From the NCBI GenBank assembly GCA_964016885.1, contig OZ024742.1:210614001-210678000 (forward strand): 64,000 bases of DNA, in the 5' to 3' direction. The notes beneath the pieces are model-generated. The model worked only from the letters and a program-made list of their open reading frames with translations, was not told where the DNA came from and searched no databases. The translations under genes and the position numbers were made by a program. Shown one piece after another: positions 24,436 to 37,639 of this stretch (positions are counted from its first letter, which is position 1; the number at the start of each line of letters is the position of its first letter). Source of the stretch: Eledone cirrhosa (Eukaryota).

Positions 24436-27400
24436 ATGGCCATATTAAGAGTAGGAAGTTTAAATGTTCGCGGCCTGGGGTCACCCTGGAAGCAGGGTCG
24501 CCTGCTCAACGACCTCAGGTCGCTGGAAATGGATGTGATTGCCGTCTGCGAGACCAGAATTTCCGACACGCGCGCACTAGCCCCCATTTTCGACGACTAT
24601 CAGATCTTCGCATCTGTTAGCAGGCCGGGAATGGGAGGTGGGATGGCAGTGCTGTTTAGGAAAGGACTGGATCTCGAGGTAAGGTCGATCTTCCGGGACC
24701 CGGACGGTAAGTTGGTGGTCTTGGATGTGAGCAGTAGCGAAGGTGGTACCTTTAGACTGCTGGCCGTCTACGCCCCTACAGGGGCCGGACGACCGGACTT
24801 CTTTAGGCGCCTGGAGACCTTTCTGGGTGCGTCTCGCCCTTTACTGTTAGCGGGGGACTGGAATGGCATCTTAGACGCACGCTGGGATTGTGTGGGAGTA
24901 GCTGATAGGAGCGGAGGGTGCAAAAGCCTCAAGCACCTATTCAGCTAGTTCCAATTATCTGACAGGTATCGACTAGATTTCCCCAATGTGCCAGTATGGG
25001 CATGGACCAACCGAATGGGGTCATCTAGATTGTATATAGACAGGATCTTCATTAGGAAAATAGATAGAAATAGTGTAGGCTGCCCACTTTTTAAAACGGT
25101 CGCCTATTCAGATCACAAATTTGTGATCTGTATGGTCGACCTAGATAAGGTGAGAAACGAGGGAACCAAAGCTGTTCGATGGGCCCGCGTGGCGGAGGCG
25201 CAGCGTGGTAATAAAACCACAATTCGGTCTTTGGCGGACCGAGACGGACACGAGATAAGCGATTATAAGCGGATGTGTGAGGCCTTTCGCCAGCACTTTG
25301 CTCGGTTGTTCGGGGGAAGTGGCGAGTCAGAGAGAGTAGCGGATTTCAGTCCTTACCCTGACGGCTTGCCGCGCATCTCGACGGTCGACGTTGAGCGCTG
25401 CGAAAGGCCGATTACTTCAGCCGAAATTCAGGACGCCCTTGTCGGCTACATGAGGCGCAAGTCACCCGGTTTGGATGGCCTGCCCTACGAGCTTTACGTA
25501 AATATGCCAGACTTGTTCTCCGATCTCCTTGAAGTACTCTACTGAAACAGGCAGCAGAATGGGAGTATTCCCAGTTCTGTGAGCAGGGGAGTGGTGACGC
25601 TGATAAGGAAAGATGAGAACAAGAGGGATACATTAGACAACTTCAGGCCCATAACTCTGCTCAACACAGAGTTTAAGATTTTGGCCAAGGTGTTAGCAAA
25701 GAGATTGGCGCTTGTCGTCGAGGATTTGGTTGGGGAGGCGCAAACTTGCGCAATCCCAGCCAGGTCCATACACGACAATCTCCACCTCATGCGATACATC
25801 ATAGAGAGGGGTGGGTGTAAACCTGGCTTCGGTGGGGCACTGATCAATTTAGAACAATCGAAAGCATTCGATAGGGTCGACCATCGAATCTGGGGTTTGT
25901 CCTCAAAGCAGCTGGCTTCGGCCCTGTCTTCAGAAGCTGGATCGCTGCAATGCACAGCGGCACACGCTCAGTGGTCAAGGTTAATGGCCACCTCTCGGAA
26001 CCATTTCGGCTTTCCCGATCGGTCCGTCAAGGGTGCCCTCTCTCTTCCCTTCTGTGCGTATTGACTCTAGAGCCTTTACTGCGGAAGCTGGAGCTGTTGC
26101 AGGGCATCTCGCTCGAACCGGGACGTGGAAAGGTGGTGTCGGCTTATGCGGACGACATCACCGTGATGGTGTCGAACACCTCAAAAATCGAGGTGGTCGG
26201 CACCTTATTGAAGGAATATGAAAGGTTGACAGGAGCCAAACTTAACCCGGAAAAGTCGGTGGGCTTGCAGCTCGGAACCTGGAGAGGCAAGCCCATGCCG
26301 TCCAACAGCGTCGTGGGGCGCTGGACGGACCGGTAAAGTTGCTCGGGGTTTGGTTCGGACCAGACCTCCAGGTGGAAAAGAATTGGGACGAGGTAACGAT
26401 CAGAGTAGCCAGTCTCACCCAAAAATGGGCTGGGAGGAAGCTATCACTGAAAGGTCGCGCGGAGGTGACGAATGCGTACATCGCGTCCGTCATCTACTAC
26501 CGCCTGACCGTCGTGCCTTGCCCCCGTTCGGGCCTCGTCAAGTTGAAATGGCTCCTCTTCAAATTCTTGTGGAGGGGACAAGTTCCGTTGGTGAGGCGGT
26601 CCGTCTGCTGCCAGCACCTTCTACGCGGAGGGCTGGGCATGCCGTGGCTAATGATGCGCAGACATGCGTTGAGGCTGCGACATCTCCAGATATTCTGCCT
26701 AAACGGTGAACAGGTGTGGTCGCCGTTTATCAGACGGGCCTTTCCGCAGCTCATTTCTTTGACTGAGCTGCAGTCCTGGGTCAAGAAGAAACCGAGACTG
26801 GGTGACTAGCACCTGGAATGTTGCCAGGCACTCTACCAAGCGGACAATGCGATCAGTGGAACTTCCACTCTCGAGTTCTATAGAGGCGATGATGCACTCG
26901 GAGAAGCTTTGGGCCTCGACGAAGTCGAACTGACCAGTCTGTACCGGAGGACTTTCGAGCCGGAGACGATGGACAATTTCCAGAAATCCCTCGCTTGGCA
27001 GTGCTACCGGGGGGCACTGCCGGTTCGGGATAAACTCTTCAGGCACGGAAGTGCTGACAGACGGACCTGCCCAAGATGCGCACAGAACGACGAAACCGTT
27101 CTGCACGCACTCGTCCAATGTCCGTGCATTACTGACTTGTGGAGTTATGTCGAACAGCTACTGTCGCGTGTGGAACGAATCAGACTATCGGCCGAGTCCA
27201 TAGTGAAGATCGACCCGCCGCCTTCCTTAGGTCAGAAGAGCCGGAAATTTTCCTCTGTCTGGTGGAAGTTGCAAAAGAGGTTATATGGTGGACCAGATTG
27301 AAAGGTCTGAAGACAGACACTTTTCTCTTCGGCCAATCCCTCATCAACTTCTTCAAGTTTCAGCTGGAAAGGAAAGTGAGGGTGGAGAGAGAAGTGCTGC

Positions 27401-27480
27401 CCCCCCCCCCCCAGTACATTTGCTAAAAGGTGGATGAATGTGGCGAGAATGGCCCGCGCCTATAGGCTAGCTAACTTGAG
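24436..27480 (+). pseudogene. Tx1 ORF2 (APE endonuclease, RT, CCHC), with stops, frameshifts and an internal deletion
   Basis: SLNVRGL, ETR, VYAP, GDWN, YIDRIF, SDHK, KSPGLDG, NFRPITLLN, KAFDRVDH, VRQGCPLS, AYADD, CPRC..ETVLHALVQC. Confidence 0.93.
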
Positions 27481-27669
27481 GAGAGGGGTACTCTCCCTGG
27501 GTGTCCTAGATGCGCAGGATGGTTCAGGATTGGTGGGGTACCCGAGTCTTGCCATTGTGCACTTTTACTCGACCTTATTGTAAACCCCAACTGTTCCTCT
27601 TGTCTTTGTATTGTCGCCTACGTGTCGGCCCTTGTGGCTAATAAATGAAATCATTATTATTGTTATTAT

Positions 27670-27765
27670 AGGTTGACTTTGCCTTTCATCCTTACGGGGT
27701 CGATAAAATAAAGTACCAGTAATGCACTGGGTAATTGCTGGCCTTGTGCCTAAAGTAGAGACAAT
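27670..27765 (+). mobile_element. SINE family A, 5'-truncated
   Basis: Matches the 3' half of 3027-3211. Confidence 0.85.
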
Positions 27766-27796
27766 TATTATTGTTATTATTATGGTTTTGTTTTTC

Positions 27797-27836
27797 TCGT
27801 GCAATGGCCATACTCGATGACGAGGGGGCAGCCATC
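27797..27836 (+). repeat. 40-bp dispersed element (probable LINE 3' terminus); other copies at 31171-31210 (+) and 52993-53032 (-)
   Basis: TCGTGCAATGGCCATACTCGATGACGAGGGGGCAGCCATC, three near-identical copies. Confidence 0.75.
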
Positions 27837-28219
27837 GTGTATGTATGTATGTACGTACGTATGCTTCTTTTTCTTGTCATTTCTGTTGAAGTTGTTCTTG
27901 TAATAGTTGACGTTGTCCTTATTTTCATTTTCTTTGATTTCTTTTGTTTTTCTTTTATCTCCCAAGGGAATTCGTTGACAAGCTTCTCTTATTTATTTTC
28001 TTTGTTTTCTTCATTCAAATACATTCACACTGGCTGTCTCGGAAACGTACAAATATGGCTTATAAAACTTACCTAAGAAATACCCTAGCGCTCCCCAAAG
28101 CTTCAAACACCCCCTAACGCTCCCCTGAAGCTCTGTAATGCTCCCGGGAGGGGGAGGGGGGGGGGGGGGGGGGCATATGCCCCCCCCCCCCCCCCCCCCC
28201 TTGAGAACCTTTGTTCTAA

Positions 28220-28340
28220 GAGAATACAACTCAGGAAACTGGGACAACTTCGACATAAAACCTGCGGTTCAGTAGTTACCGATGATGTTGATCTTTTCTT
28301 CTTTACGGGTTATAGCTACTGTCGCTCAAAGAGTGGGATT
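28220..28340. repeat. ~120-bp dispersed repeat, second copy at ~30962-31080
   Basis: ACAACTCAGGAAACTGGG..AAAACCTGCGG..GTAGTTACCGATGATGTTGATCTTTTC..GAGTGGGATT in both. Confidence 0.8.
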
Positions 28341-29835
28341 TCACAGACGATACATTCATTACTTTTGAAAAAAAATTGTTCTACTTTTGAGAAATGTATC
28401 TTAGCAAAATTCTACAGTTATTATAAATACTGTTTCCCCCATATAAAGTATCCACACTTTTATATTTAAGAGATTTTTCTGTAACGAACCGTCATTCATA
28501 GTTGTTCTGTGATGCTAGAAAATATGAATTAGCCGCATTCATTACCCCAACAACACTATTATTGTTGGCGATTGCCAACAATCTCCAAGCTTTTGTTTTT
28601 TTGGGGTTTTTTTTTCCAGCTTAAATGTTATATTCCAGATAGATACAAGACAAATGGAATAGTTTAAAACTAAAATAATTTCTAATTTCTCCACATTTCT
28701 TATTTTACCCACAGTCTTGTTATCTATGTACCTATAAACACATGCATACATGCACTCACATGCGCACACATGCAAACATACACAAACACACACACACACA
28801 CAAACAGGCGCGCTCTCTCACACATACATACACGCGCGCACACACCCATACACACATATATGCAAATACACGTAATCTCACATACACAAATAGACGCGTG
28901 CGCGTGCACACACACATACATATATAAATGCAAATACACGTAATCTCACACACGCAAATAGACGTGCGCACATGCACACATACATACATACATACATACT
29001 CGTACATACATGCATACACACACATAGATCACACACACACATACATTCACACAAATCTTTCAACCCAGTTACGTAAGTTTGAAATTCCTGTATTGATTGT
29101 ATCGACCATTTCACATTATCGATTTTCGCTTTCAAAGCTATTACGAAATATTTGCTTACGTAATTCGTTTCCATTATATAATACAACAGTAAGAAAGAAG
29201 ACGAAGAGGAGTATGGTGTTTAGCGTGCATGTGTGTATTTGTCTATAAATAAAATGTTTTAAATATATTAGATTATTTATATTTTGACTATTTACTGTGA
29301 GACCAGCTGTCTGCTGCAGTCACTCCTCGCATTACGTTTAACGCGCCTCTTGATAATAGCTCGCCCCTCACCGTTGTTCGTGAATCGACAAGATAAGCAG
29401 CCGACGTGTATTCGCTGGAGGGAGAAATAACTTAATCACGTTCTTTTACTCGTGGAGAGGGAAGAGAAGTCACTCACACTAAACTTTTAGAATCTATTCT
29501 TAAAACTTCTGTAGTTCACTTTTACATGCTTTTGTGGAGGGTCTGCCACCTTTCTTTGCTTTTTGATTTTGATTAGGACTGTGCACAGCTTACATAGACC
29601 GACTATATAAGTTTCGTTAATTTGCATTTGCGGACGAGTCTAGTGGTTTACCACATTGCTGCGAATAGGTTTACTCACTCGATCATAATGTGCACTGGTT
29701 GTATACAATACACGTACACTGAAACAAGCGCGCGCGTATAAACACGCACGAATCTTATACATACATATAATCAAGCACATAACCACCGGCGAACAAATAT
29801 ATATTCACCTGGACAAAGGAATTCTCAAGCATACA

Positions 29836-29883
<48 letters not shown>

Positions 29884-30193
29884 TATATTTATTATATTAT
29901 ACTATATTATATCATATATACATACACACACTTATATACATGCGCGTGTGTGTGTATGTATGTATGTAAAGTCTGCACGCATTCCCTAAGAGGACTGTCT
30001 ACAGTTCACAAAATTCAAAGAATACTAAATATCTGCGTTGTCAATGTCCACAACACCTATTGAAATGCGCGACACCCCCGCGCGTTTCGAAGAAACATGT
30101 TCTCGAGGGCAACTTCCCAAACGTGAGATTTTTCTCTTTTTGATGTTTTTTTTGCAGCTCACACAAGCGCGCGCATGCAAACAGACTGTTAAA

Positions 30194-30266
<73 letters not shown>

Positions 30267-31468
30267 CATGCATGCATGTAAATATATTAGATACACGGAT
30301 GCCCAGCTTGCATACAAGACATATCTATATGTATATTTGTATGCATGTATGCATGTATGTATGTATGTATGTATGTATGTATGTATGTATGTATGTATGT
30401 ATGTATACATGTATGCATGTACCGTTGTATGTATGGAGGTATGGATTTATGTATACATGTATGCATATATGTATCTGTGTATATATTTACTAATCTGCAT
30501 GCTTGTATGTGTGTATATATGTATGTATGTATAATTTACTAATTTCTATGCTTGTATTCATGTAAAATATATCTGCATGTATGAGAGAGAAAAAGAAAGA
30601 AAATGAAAGAAAAAGAGCTTCTTTAACGTGAGTGGAAGAACATGTTTACTGCAATATTTACATACACTTATGCACCCCACATGCGAATATGTAATATGAA
30701 CTATCGTACATACAATGCATATAGAATAGTGTGTGTATATATGTAAGTGCATATGCGTGTGTGCGTGTGTGTGTGTGTGTGTGTGTCAACGGCCATCGAG
30801 AAGTGTGTAAATATGTATGTATATGTATATGTGTATATACATGGGTGCATGTGTATGTATATGCGCGGGGACATAGAAAAGGTCGAGCTGGACACCCGAT
30901 CGCGCGGTTAAACCACTGGGAGTGAAGAACCTCTAGCCCTTGTAAGGGCATTCTTCTAGGAGAAGACAACTCAGGAAACTGGGTTAACTGCGATATAAAA
31001 CCTGCGGCTCAGTAGTTACCGATGATGTTGATCTTTTCTTCTTTTCGGGTTATAGCTACTGTCGCCCAGAGAGTGGGATTGGCTCAGTGCACAGTCTTTC
31101 CTCACTTTACAAAATATCTTCACGCACAGGCATTGCACGATAGTAATTAATAATTATTAATAATGGTATATCGTGCAATGGTCATACTCGATAACGAGGG
31201 GGCAGCCATCATCATGTGTGTATGTGTGTTTGTATGTATGTTATCTCTTTCTCTTAATTTCGAGTATATTTTTTTGACCGGCCACCTTCCTGGTGGCAAG
31301 GTTGTAAAAGAAAAGAAATTGTCATCTCTTGAATCGCAAGAATGTTTTGCAAATTTTGAAGGTGCCAGCTATAGCAGCCATTTGTAGACTATGAATTGGG
31401 GAGCTGTGTATGTGTGTATGTATGTATGCATGTATGTATGTATGCATATATGTATGTGTGTATGTATG

Positions 31469-31614
31469 CCGTGCTGAATTTAGGATATATGAGGCCCCAA
31501 ACATTTGAAAAATTCATCGTAAAAAGTTTTTTTGGTAGGAAGATGGGCCCCCTTCCCTGGCTAACGGGGCCCTGTGCTTAAGCACACCTAAGTACAATGG
31601 TAAATCCAGCATTG
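31469..31614. mobile_element. hAT-type MITE (same family as 50761-50930)
   Basis: Degenerate TIRs, shared TTTGAAAAATTCATCGTAAAAA core, TSD-like TATGTATG / TATGCATG. Confidence 0.65.
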
Positions 31615-31719
31615 TATGCATGTATGTATGTATGTATGTATGTATGTATGTATGTATGTATGTATGTATGTATGTATGTATGTATGTACCGGCACTGTAT
31701 GTATGTATGCATGTATGTG

Positions 31720-31902
31720 AAGACACGTGGCTTAGTGGATAGAATATCGAGCTCATAATCATGAGATTTGAAGTTCGATTCCCGAACCGGGTGGTGCGTT
31801 GTCCTTGAGCAAGGCACATTATTTTACGTTGCTCCAGTTCACTCAACTGTAGAAATGAGTCACTGGTGCCAAGCTCTATCAGCCTTTACCTTCCCCATGG
31901 AC

Positions 31903-31903
<1 letters not shown>
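31720..31903 (+). mobile_element. tRNA-derived SINE family B (CORE-like GTCCTTGAGCAAGGCAC)
   Basis: A box TGGCTTAGTGG, B box GTTCGATTCCC. Confidence 0.8.
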
Positions 31904-31936
<33 letters not shown>

Positions 31937-32096
31937 CGTATTGCCCGTCGTCGAAGACGCTTCGCCCTGGAAGACATCCCAATTTTGTCAACCAAAAATT
32001 TGAAAAAAAATAATAAATATAAAAATAAGTCTTGTTATTAATATTTGCTGATAAACCCTTTTAACATACCGCTGTTATACTTCTTTTGTCACTTAA

Positions 32097-32965
32097 TAAT
32101 TATTTCTACATTTGGCACAAGGCCAGCAATTATCCAGTACATTACTGGTACTTTATTTTATCGACCCTGTATGGATGAAAGGCAAAGTTAACCTCGGCGG
32201 GATTTGAACTCAGATCGTAAAGGGACGTAACTATGCTGGCAAGCATGGCGCTCGACTCTTTACCTATACTGCCAATCCACCGCCCTTTGTCACTTAATAA
32301 TGGTTTCTGATTCAGGTACAAGGCAAACAATTTTGGGGGAGGGAAAGTCGATTAAATTGACGCCAATACGTTACTTGTACTTTATTCTATCGACCCTGAA
32401 AGGATGAAAGGCAAAGTTAACCTCGGCAGGATTTGAACTCAGATCGTAAAGTGGTGTGACTCTATGCCACAACGCATGTTATCCGACGCTCTACCGATAC
32501 TGTCAATCTACCGTCCCTTTCGTCACTTAATAATTGTTTCTACTTTTGGCACAAAGCCAGCAATTATCCCCAGTGTATTACTGGTGCTTTATTTTATCGA
32601 CCCCGGAAGGATGAAAGACAAAGCTAACCTCGGCGGGATTTGAGCTCAGAACGTAAAGGGCCATAACTATGTTGCAAAGCATGGTGTCTGACGCTCTACT
32701 GATACTGCCAATCCACCGCCTTAATAATTGTTTCTACTTTTGGTACAAGGCCAGCAATTACCTCAGTACATTACTAGTAATAATTGTTTCTACTTTTAGC
32801 ACAAGGCTAGCAATTACCCAGTGCATTACTGGTACTTTATTTTATTGACCCCGTAAGGATGAAAGGCAAAGTTAACCTCGGCGGGATTTGAACTCAGAAT
32901 GGCAATGGCCGTAATTCTATGCGTCAAAGCATGGCGTCCGACCCTCTACCGATACTGCCAATCCA
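32097..32965 (-). mobile_element. Head-to-tail cluster of SINE family A (four near-complete copies plus one partial)
   Basis: Copies at about 32097-32283, 32298-32513, 32530-32720, 32722-32778 (partial), 32779-32965. Confidence 0.88.
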
Positions 32966-34029
32966 ATAACATCTAATATACATTAGTTGTCAGTTGCCTC
33001 GTCTACCATACTCTGGCCACACGAGAATGAATTTTTGTGATTGCATATATATTTTTTTTTATTTTTTTAATGATATTTTGTTTATTTACTACTTTAACTA
33101 AGTATCTTTTATACACTTTATTAAGAGATCGTATACGGGAGTTCGGATTACTGTCTAGCATAGATAATTAGATAATTTTCCTCTGGGGTTAGGATATGCC
33201 TATGAGAAACGCAACCTTCGGCCTCCAAGACGCATGGTATATTTTCGAGACCTATTTTAGGACAAAAATAGCGCCTTCGAAGCCGGGAAATACGGTATAT
33301 GTATATATTTATGAATGTATGTATGTATAACCACCAGTGAATATTCTTCTACCCATTACAAGAAATAACAATAATATTATTATTAATAATGAAGTACCTA
33401 AAAACGGAAAATCTCTTACAACTTTGCACGTTAAAACCATCTCACGTACGTTCTTCGTTAAATGCTTACGAACGTCCAACATTTAATGTAGTGTCTATTC
33501 TTATAATTTGTATTTGGTTAAACTTTATCCCTTTTTATAATTCCTGATGATATGCAGATGTTATATGTATTATGTTTTGTGTAAATAATTGCTAATTAAC
33601 TGTTTCCGATTAACTTATTGTTTACATATGCATGTACCACTATCACTTGTAGACATTAAAGAATGTATTTAAGTTGTTAACCTTGGTCTTTCCTCATTTT
33701 AAATATTAATGCTCCTCTACCAGTACTCAACAACAACATTTTTAACTTTCGAAGAATATTTCACCCGTTTTGAATTCCTTACGCGCTGTGGACTTTTTGT
33801 GTGCATTGAGCTTCTTTCACTTTACCAAAAGCAATAGTAATAGTGGAATACTCCATTATAATCACATGTAGATATATAAGAAAAAGATTAGGTATATGTT
33901 GTCTATTTTCTCTTTACATTTATAGTTGTTATATAGCTCTGATTAATTGACAATGTAATTCTCCCATTCATTAAGCAAAACTGGTAATGTATCTATATGT
34001 ATGTGTATCTTATTATTTTGTCCCAACTA

Positions 34030-35210
34030 CCTTACGGTCGAGTAAAATTAGGCGGGTTCTGACTGCTTCTTCTAACAAATATATTACTCGCCACGCATGT
34101 TAAATTAGTTTCGGAATCCCTCAAACAGGCTTCGTTGCCTAAACTACTGGGGGCTGGCTGGGGGTCTTCCCTTCTATATCTTTCCCCTATTTTCTTTTTT
34201 CCGTTCGTACTTGTTCTTCTTTGGTGGGCAATAACATTTCCTTTACAATATTGTCTAGCTACACAAGGGAGGAGATAAAGCTCTATTACCGGGGCTTGAT
34301 TTGTTAATTCCAGAGCAGAGTAAATCAACCCAGAGTGTTTTGGGCAGTAGAAACATATTTTGACTTTTAAAAAAAAAAACTGTTTGTTCAATATTTAAAG
34401 TGTCGCTTACTTGCTGTGAGTGCTAAATTTTCTTAGGATTGGGTTGACGTTTTGCCTCTAGCGAACATTCTATGGTTTACTTAGTCCTGTTGAGTTCCGT
34501 ATCTCCGTCGTTCTTGGAATTGGGAAATGAGGTATCAGACCTGTCAACTCTCCCCGTCCCGCGGGGAGATCTTCCACACACTTTGGGGTAGGTGAGAGAT
34601 GTCTTCTCTTATCAAAATGGGTATAACTTTCATTATGTAAAATCTCCCCATTTTGCCTCATTTTGCCTCATTTCTCCCCGTTTTGGGCACTTTTTTTGGG
34701 GGTCTTTTGAGGTTGGAAAGTCTGCGGTATTGATGTGGAAAGTTCATCGATTTCGAGTGACTTCGTTGACATAATGGGATAGTTTTGCTCGCCACTTTGA
34801 GATAAATCTAATCATGAAAAGAACCCTACCCAGAGTAAATGCCCAATTCTGATGCCAGTGGGTTTGTCCAGGGACGATTGGAAGACGCTCTGTGAGCTTA
34901 CTCTTTGCCCTTGGGGTAGAAGTAAAGGCATCATATGGGACGTTACTGTTAATAATTATTTCGCTTCATCACTCATTCTAAATATTGCGGAAGAAGTAGA
35001 AGTTGTAGCCGAATAGGATAAAATCCTGAAACGCCGTAATTTGTGGTACTCGAAACGTTCGGAGGAGCTGGGCTATTGACAACGAAGTGTTTGTCATTTT
35101 TAGGGTTTTGTCTTACTGACGTATGAGGAGACGCTTATTGGGGTGTATGGCTCTTCCAACGCTTCAGCCACGAGATCCCCTGTAGTAATGCCGTGAGTGT
35201 TTTGGGTTGC
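34030..35210 (+). mobile_element. Old CRE-like LINE relic (RT end plus REL domain), interrupted by a MITE
   Basis: KQASLP; KCRLLAVS..WVDVLP; FARHFEIN; PVGLSRDD..PWGRSKGIIWDVTV; LETFGG; WLFQR..NAVSVLG. Confidence 0.65.
34536..34724. mobile_element. MITE with CAGACCTGYCAAC TIRs; related copies at ~39255-39411 (inverted) and ~46640-46808
   Basis: CAGACCTGTCAAC...GTTGGAAAGTCTG; flanks AGGTAT / CGGTAT. Confidence 0.75.
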
Positions 35211-35713
35211 CTTAAAATTTTAGAGGGAAATACTAATATTCTCTGTTTTAGTGTGTAATTGAGGGAGAGTGTGTGCCTTATTGACTCGTTTTAATTGCTA
35301 TTGTCCATTTAATCTAGTGAATTAATAATACTTTAATATATATAGCACTGTTTAAAAATTTCCCGAAGAAAAATATCAAATGTTAAAATGTGGACTATTT
35401 TAGCAATAAAAAAAATAAAATATATCCAATAAAGGGCCGAGGTGGATTATAGATATGCTAAAATGGATTGCAATGGTAAAAGGCTGTGAATAGCTACTAT
35501 CAAGGATTTACATGTTTCTCAGTGTCTTGAGAGCAAAGACACTTTACCCCACCACCCCTCTGCCACATTAATTGACAGACATTGAAGTTAAAATGAAATT
35601 CTGCGCTCCCTCATACCTGGAAATCTATTGTTACATATCTGACAGCTATAATGGAACTATAATAGAAGATAAAAATATGTCACCACCTGTCATATATTAT
35701 TTAAAAACTATAA

Positions 35714-35900
35714 GGGCGGTGGATTGGCAGTATCGGTAGAGGGTCGGACGCCATGCTTTGCAGCACAGTTACGTCCCTTTACGATCTGAGTTCAAATCCC
35801 GACGAGGTTGACTTTGCCTTTCATCCTTACGGGGTCGATAAAATAAAGTACCAGTAATGCACTGGGTAATTGCTGGCCTTGTGCCTAAAGTAGAAATAAT
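35714..35900 (+). mobile_element. SINE family A, full copy
   Basis: High identity to 3027-3211. Confidence 0.88.
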
Positions 35901-36334
35901 TATTTAAAAACTATAGATTTTATTGACAATTACGATTTGTGTCGATGCAACCAATTGTTATTTACAATTCCTAATGTTTTCGATGGAGCGTCGAACAAAA
36001 TGCTTTGCTGTATTTTGTTACGAATTTCTACGTACTGAGTTCAAATCCCCACTGAGGTTAATTTTACCTTTCATCCTTACGAGGGTCGATACAATAAAGT
36101 ACAAGTCACATACTAGGGTCGATCTAATCGACTATCCCGTCCCCCCAAATTGTTGGCTTTGTGCCTAAATCAGAAACTATTGTTTTTTTTTTGTTATTTG
36201 GATCTAGCTCAGTAATGTTCGAATTGACAAATGATCAAAGGCATTCCAATTGTGTCCATCCCGTCATCTTGTATATCCATGACTACATTATTCAATCTGT
36301 CCTTCATTTATAAGATTATATTAGACAGCAGTAA

Positions 36335-36645
36335 AGGCGCGTGGCTTAGTGGTTAGAGTATTCGTCTCACGGTCGTAAGTTCGCGAGTTCGATTCCCTGT
36401 GTTGTGTTCTTGAGAGAGTTTATTTCACCCCCCTCCAGTTCACTCAGCTGGCAAAAATGAGTTCTAAATGTAATTCAAAGGGCCAGCCATGTCACATACT
36501 GTATCATGCTGAATCTTCCTAAGAACTGCGTTAAGGGTACAATTGTCTGTAATGTACTCAGCCATCTACACGTTAATTTCACGAGCAGGTTCCGTTGATC
36601 GAATCAACTGGAACACATGTCGTCGGAACTGACAGAAGTCCAGCA
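36335..36645 (+). mobile_element. SINE family B
   Basis: GGCGCGTGGCTTAGTGGTTAGAG..GTTCGATTCCC..CTCCAGTTCACTCAGCTG. Confidence 0.75.
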
Positions 36646-37458
36646 CTTACATGTATGTATGTTCTACTATTAGTAAGTTGTTATTGTTGTTGTTTAGCTC
36701 CTAGTTTGCCCTCTCCAACGGAGATCCACTATATAAGACAGCAGGATGATATCTAAGGGAGATTTCGCTACTATTTCTGGCATGTGGAGTGGCCATGTAG
36801 ATGTTCCAACGGGGTCTCCTTATAATGCATGTTTGTACACGCAACATATGTACAAATATAAATACAAGTTTCTATATTTTCTGATATACTGGTATACAGG
36901 ACACGCGCTGTTGTAGTAGTTAAGAGGTTCGCTTCGCAACTACGTAGCTCCGTGTTCGATCTCACTGCGCGACACCTTATGCAAGTGTTTTCTACCATAG
37001 CCTTGACTCGATCTCCATCGGTTTCTATGATGTGTATTCAATTGTTCGATCAACTACCTGTGTATTGAATTAACCTGTAAGTGGCTGTATATTCTGCAGA
37101 TACGTATTCCCTTGTGAAACACTGTTTGAGAAGGTTGAACTTTTGAATTGCAGGTACAATTCATTCGACGGGCTTCTGCACATTTCCCGTCTACCCAATT
37201 CCATTGACAAGTGGAATCGAACCCGGGACATCATGACTACGAAACGGACTTCTTAACTATTCAGCCACGCTGCGTCCGTACAAAACATAAAAGCATAATA
37301 TTGGATCGTCAAGTATGAAATTTGTAGAAAACATTAATAAACTTTGTTTTTTCTACAAATTGCATACTTGACGACCCAATATATATAAACATACTTTGAG
37401 AAACATTCATACACTTGTTATGGTGTAAAACATGTGCAGAAAAACACTGATTCTAGAT

Positions 37459-37636
37459 CAAAGGTCGGGAACTAGTGGCTCCGGAGCTACAGCAGACTCT
37501 TTAGCCTATTTCGATTGGCTCTTAGGCGCTCCGAAATTATTTCATATTTATTTATTTTTTAAATAAAATTATAAAAAACTAGTCTTAAGTATTATCTTCA
37601 AATGGTTCTTCAGTTTGAAAAGGTTCCTGACCTCCG
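37459..37636. mobile_element. hAT-Charlie-like MITE
   Basis: CAAAGGTCGGGAAC / GTTCCTGACCTCCG ends with GGCTC subterminal motifs. Confidence 0.5.
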
Positions 37637-37639
37637 TAC

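Larger units (their letters stand above)
22490..27652 (+). mobile_element. Full-length but disabled L1/Tx1-clade LINE
   Basis: 5' UTR, ORF1, ORF2, AATAAA at 27640; flanked both sides by (ATT)n/ATTGTT repeats. Confidence 0.92.
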
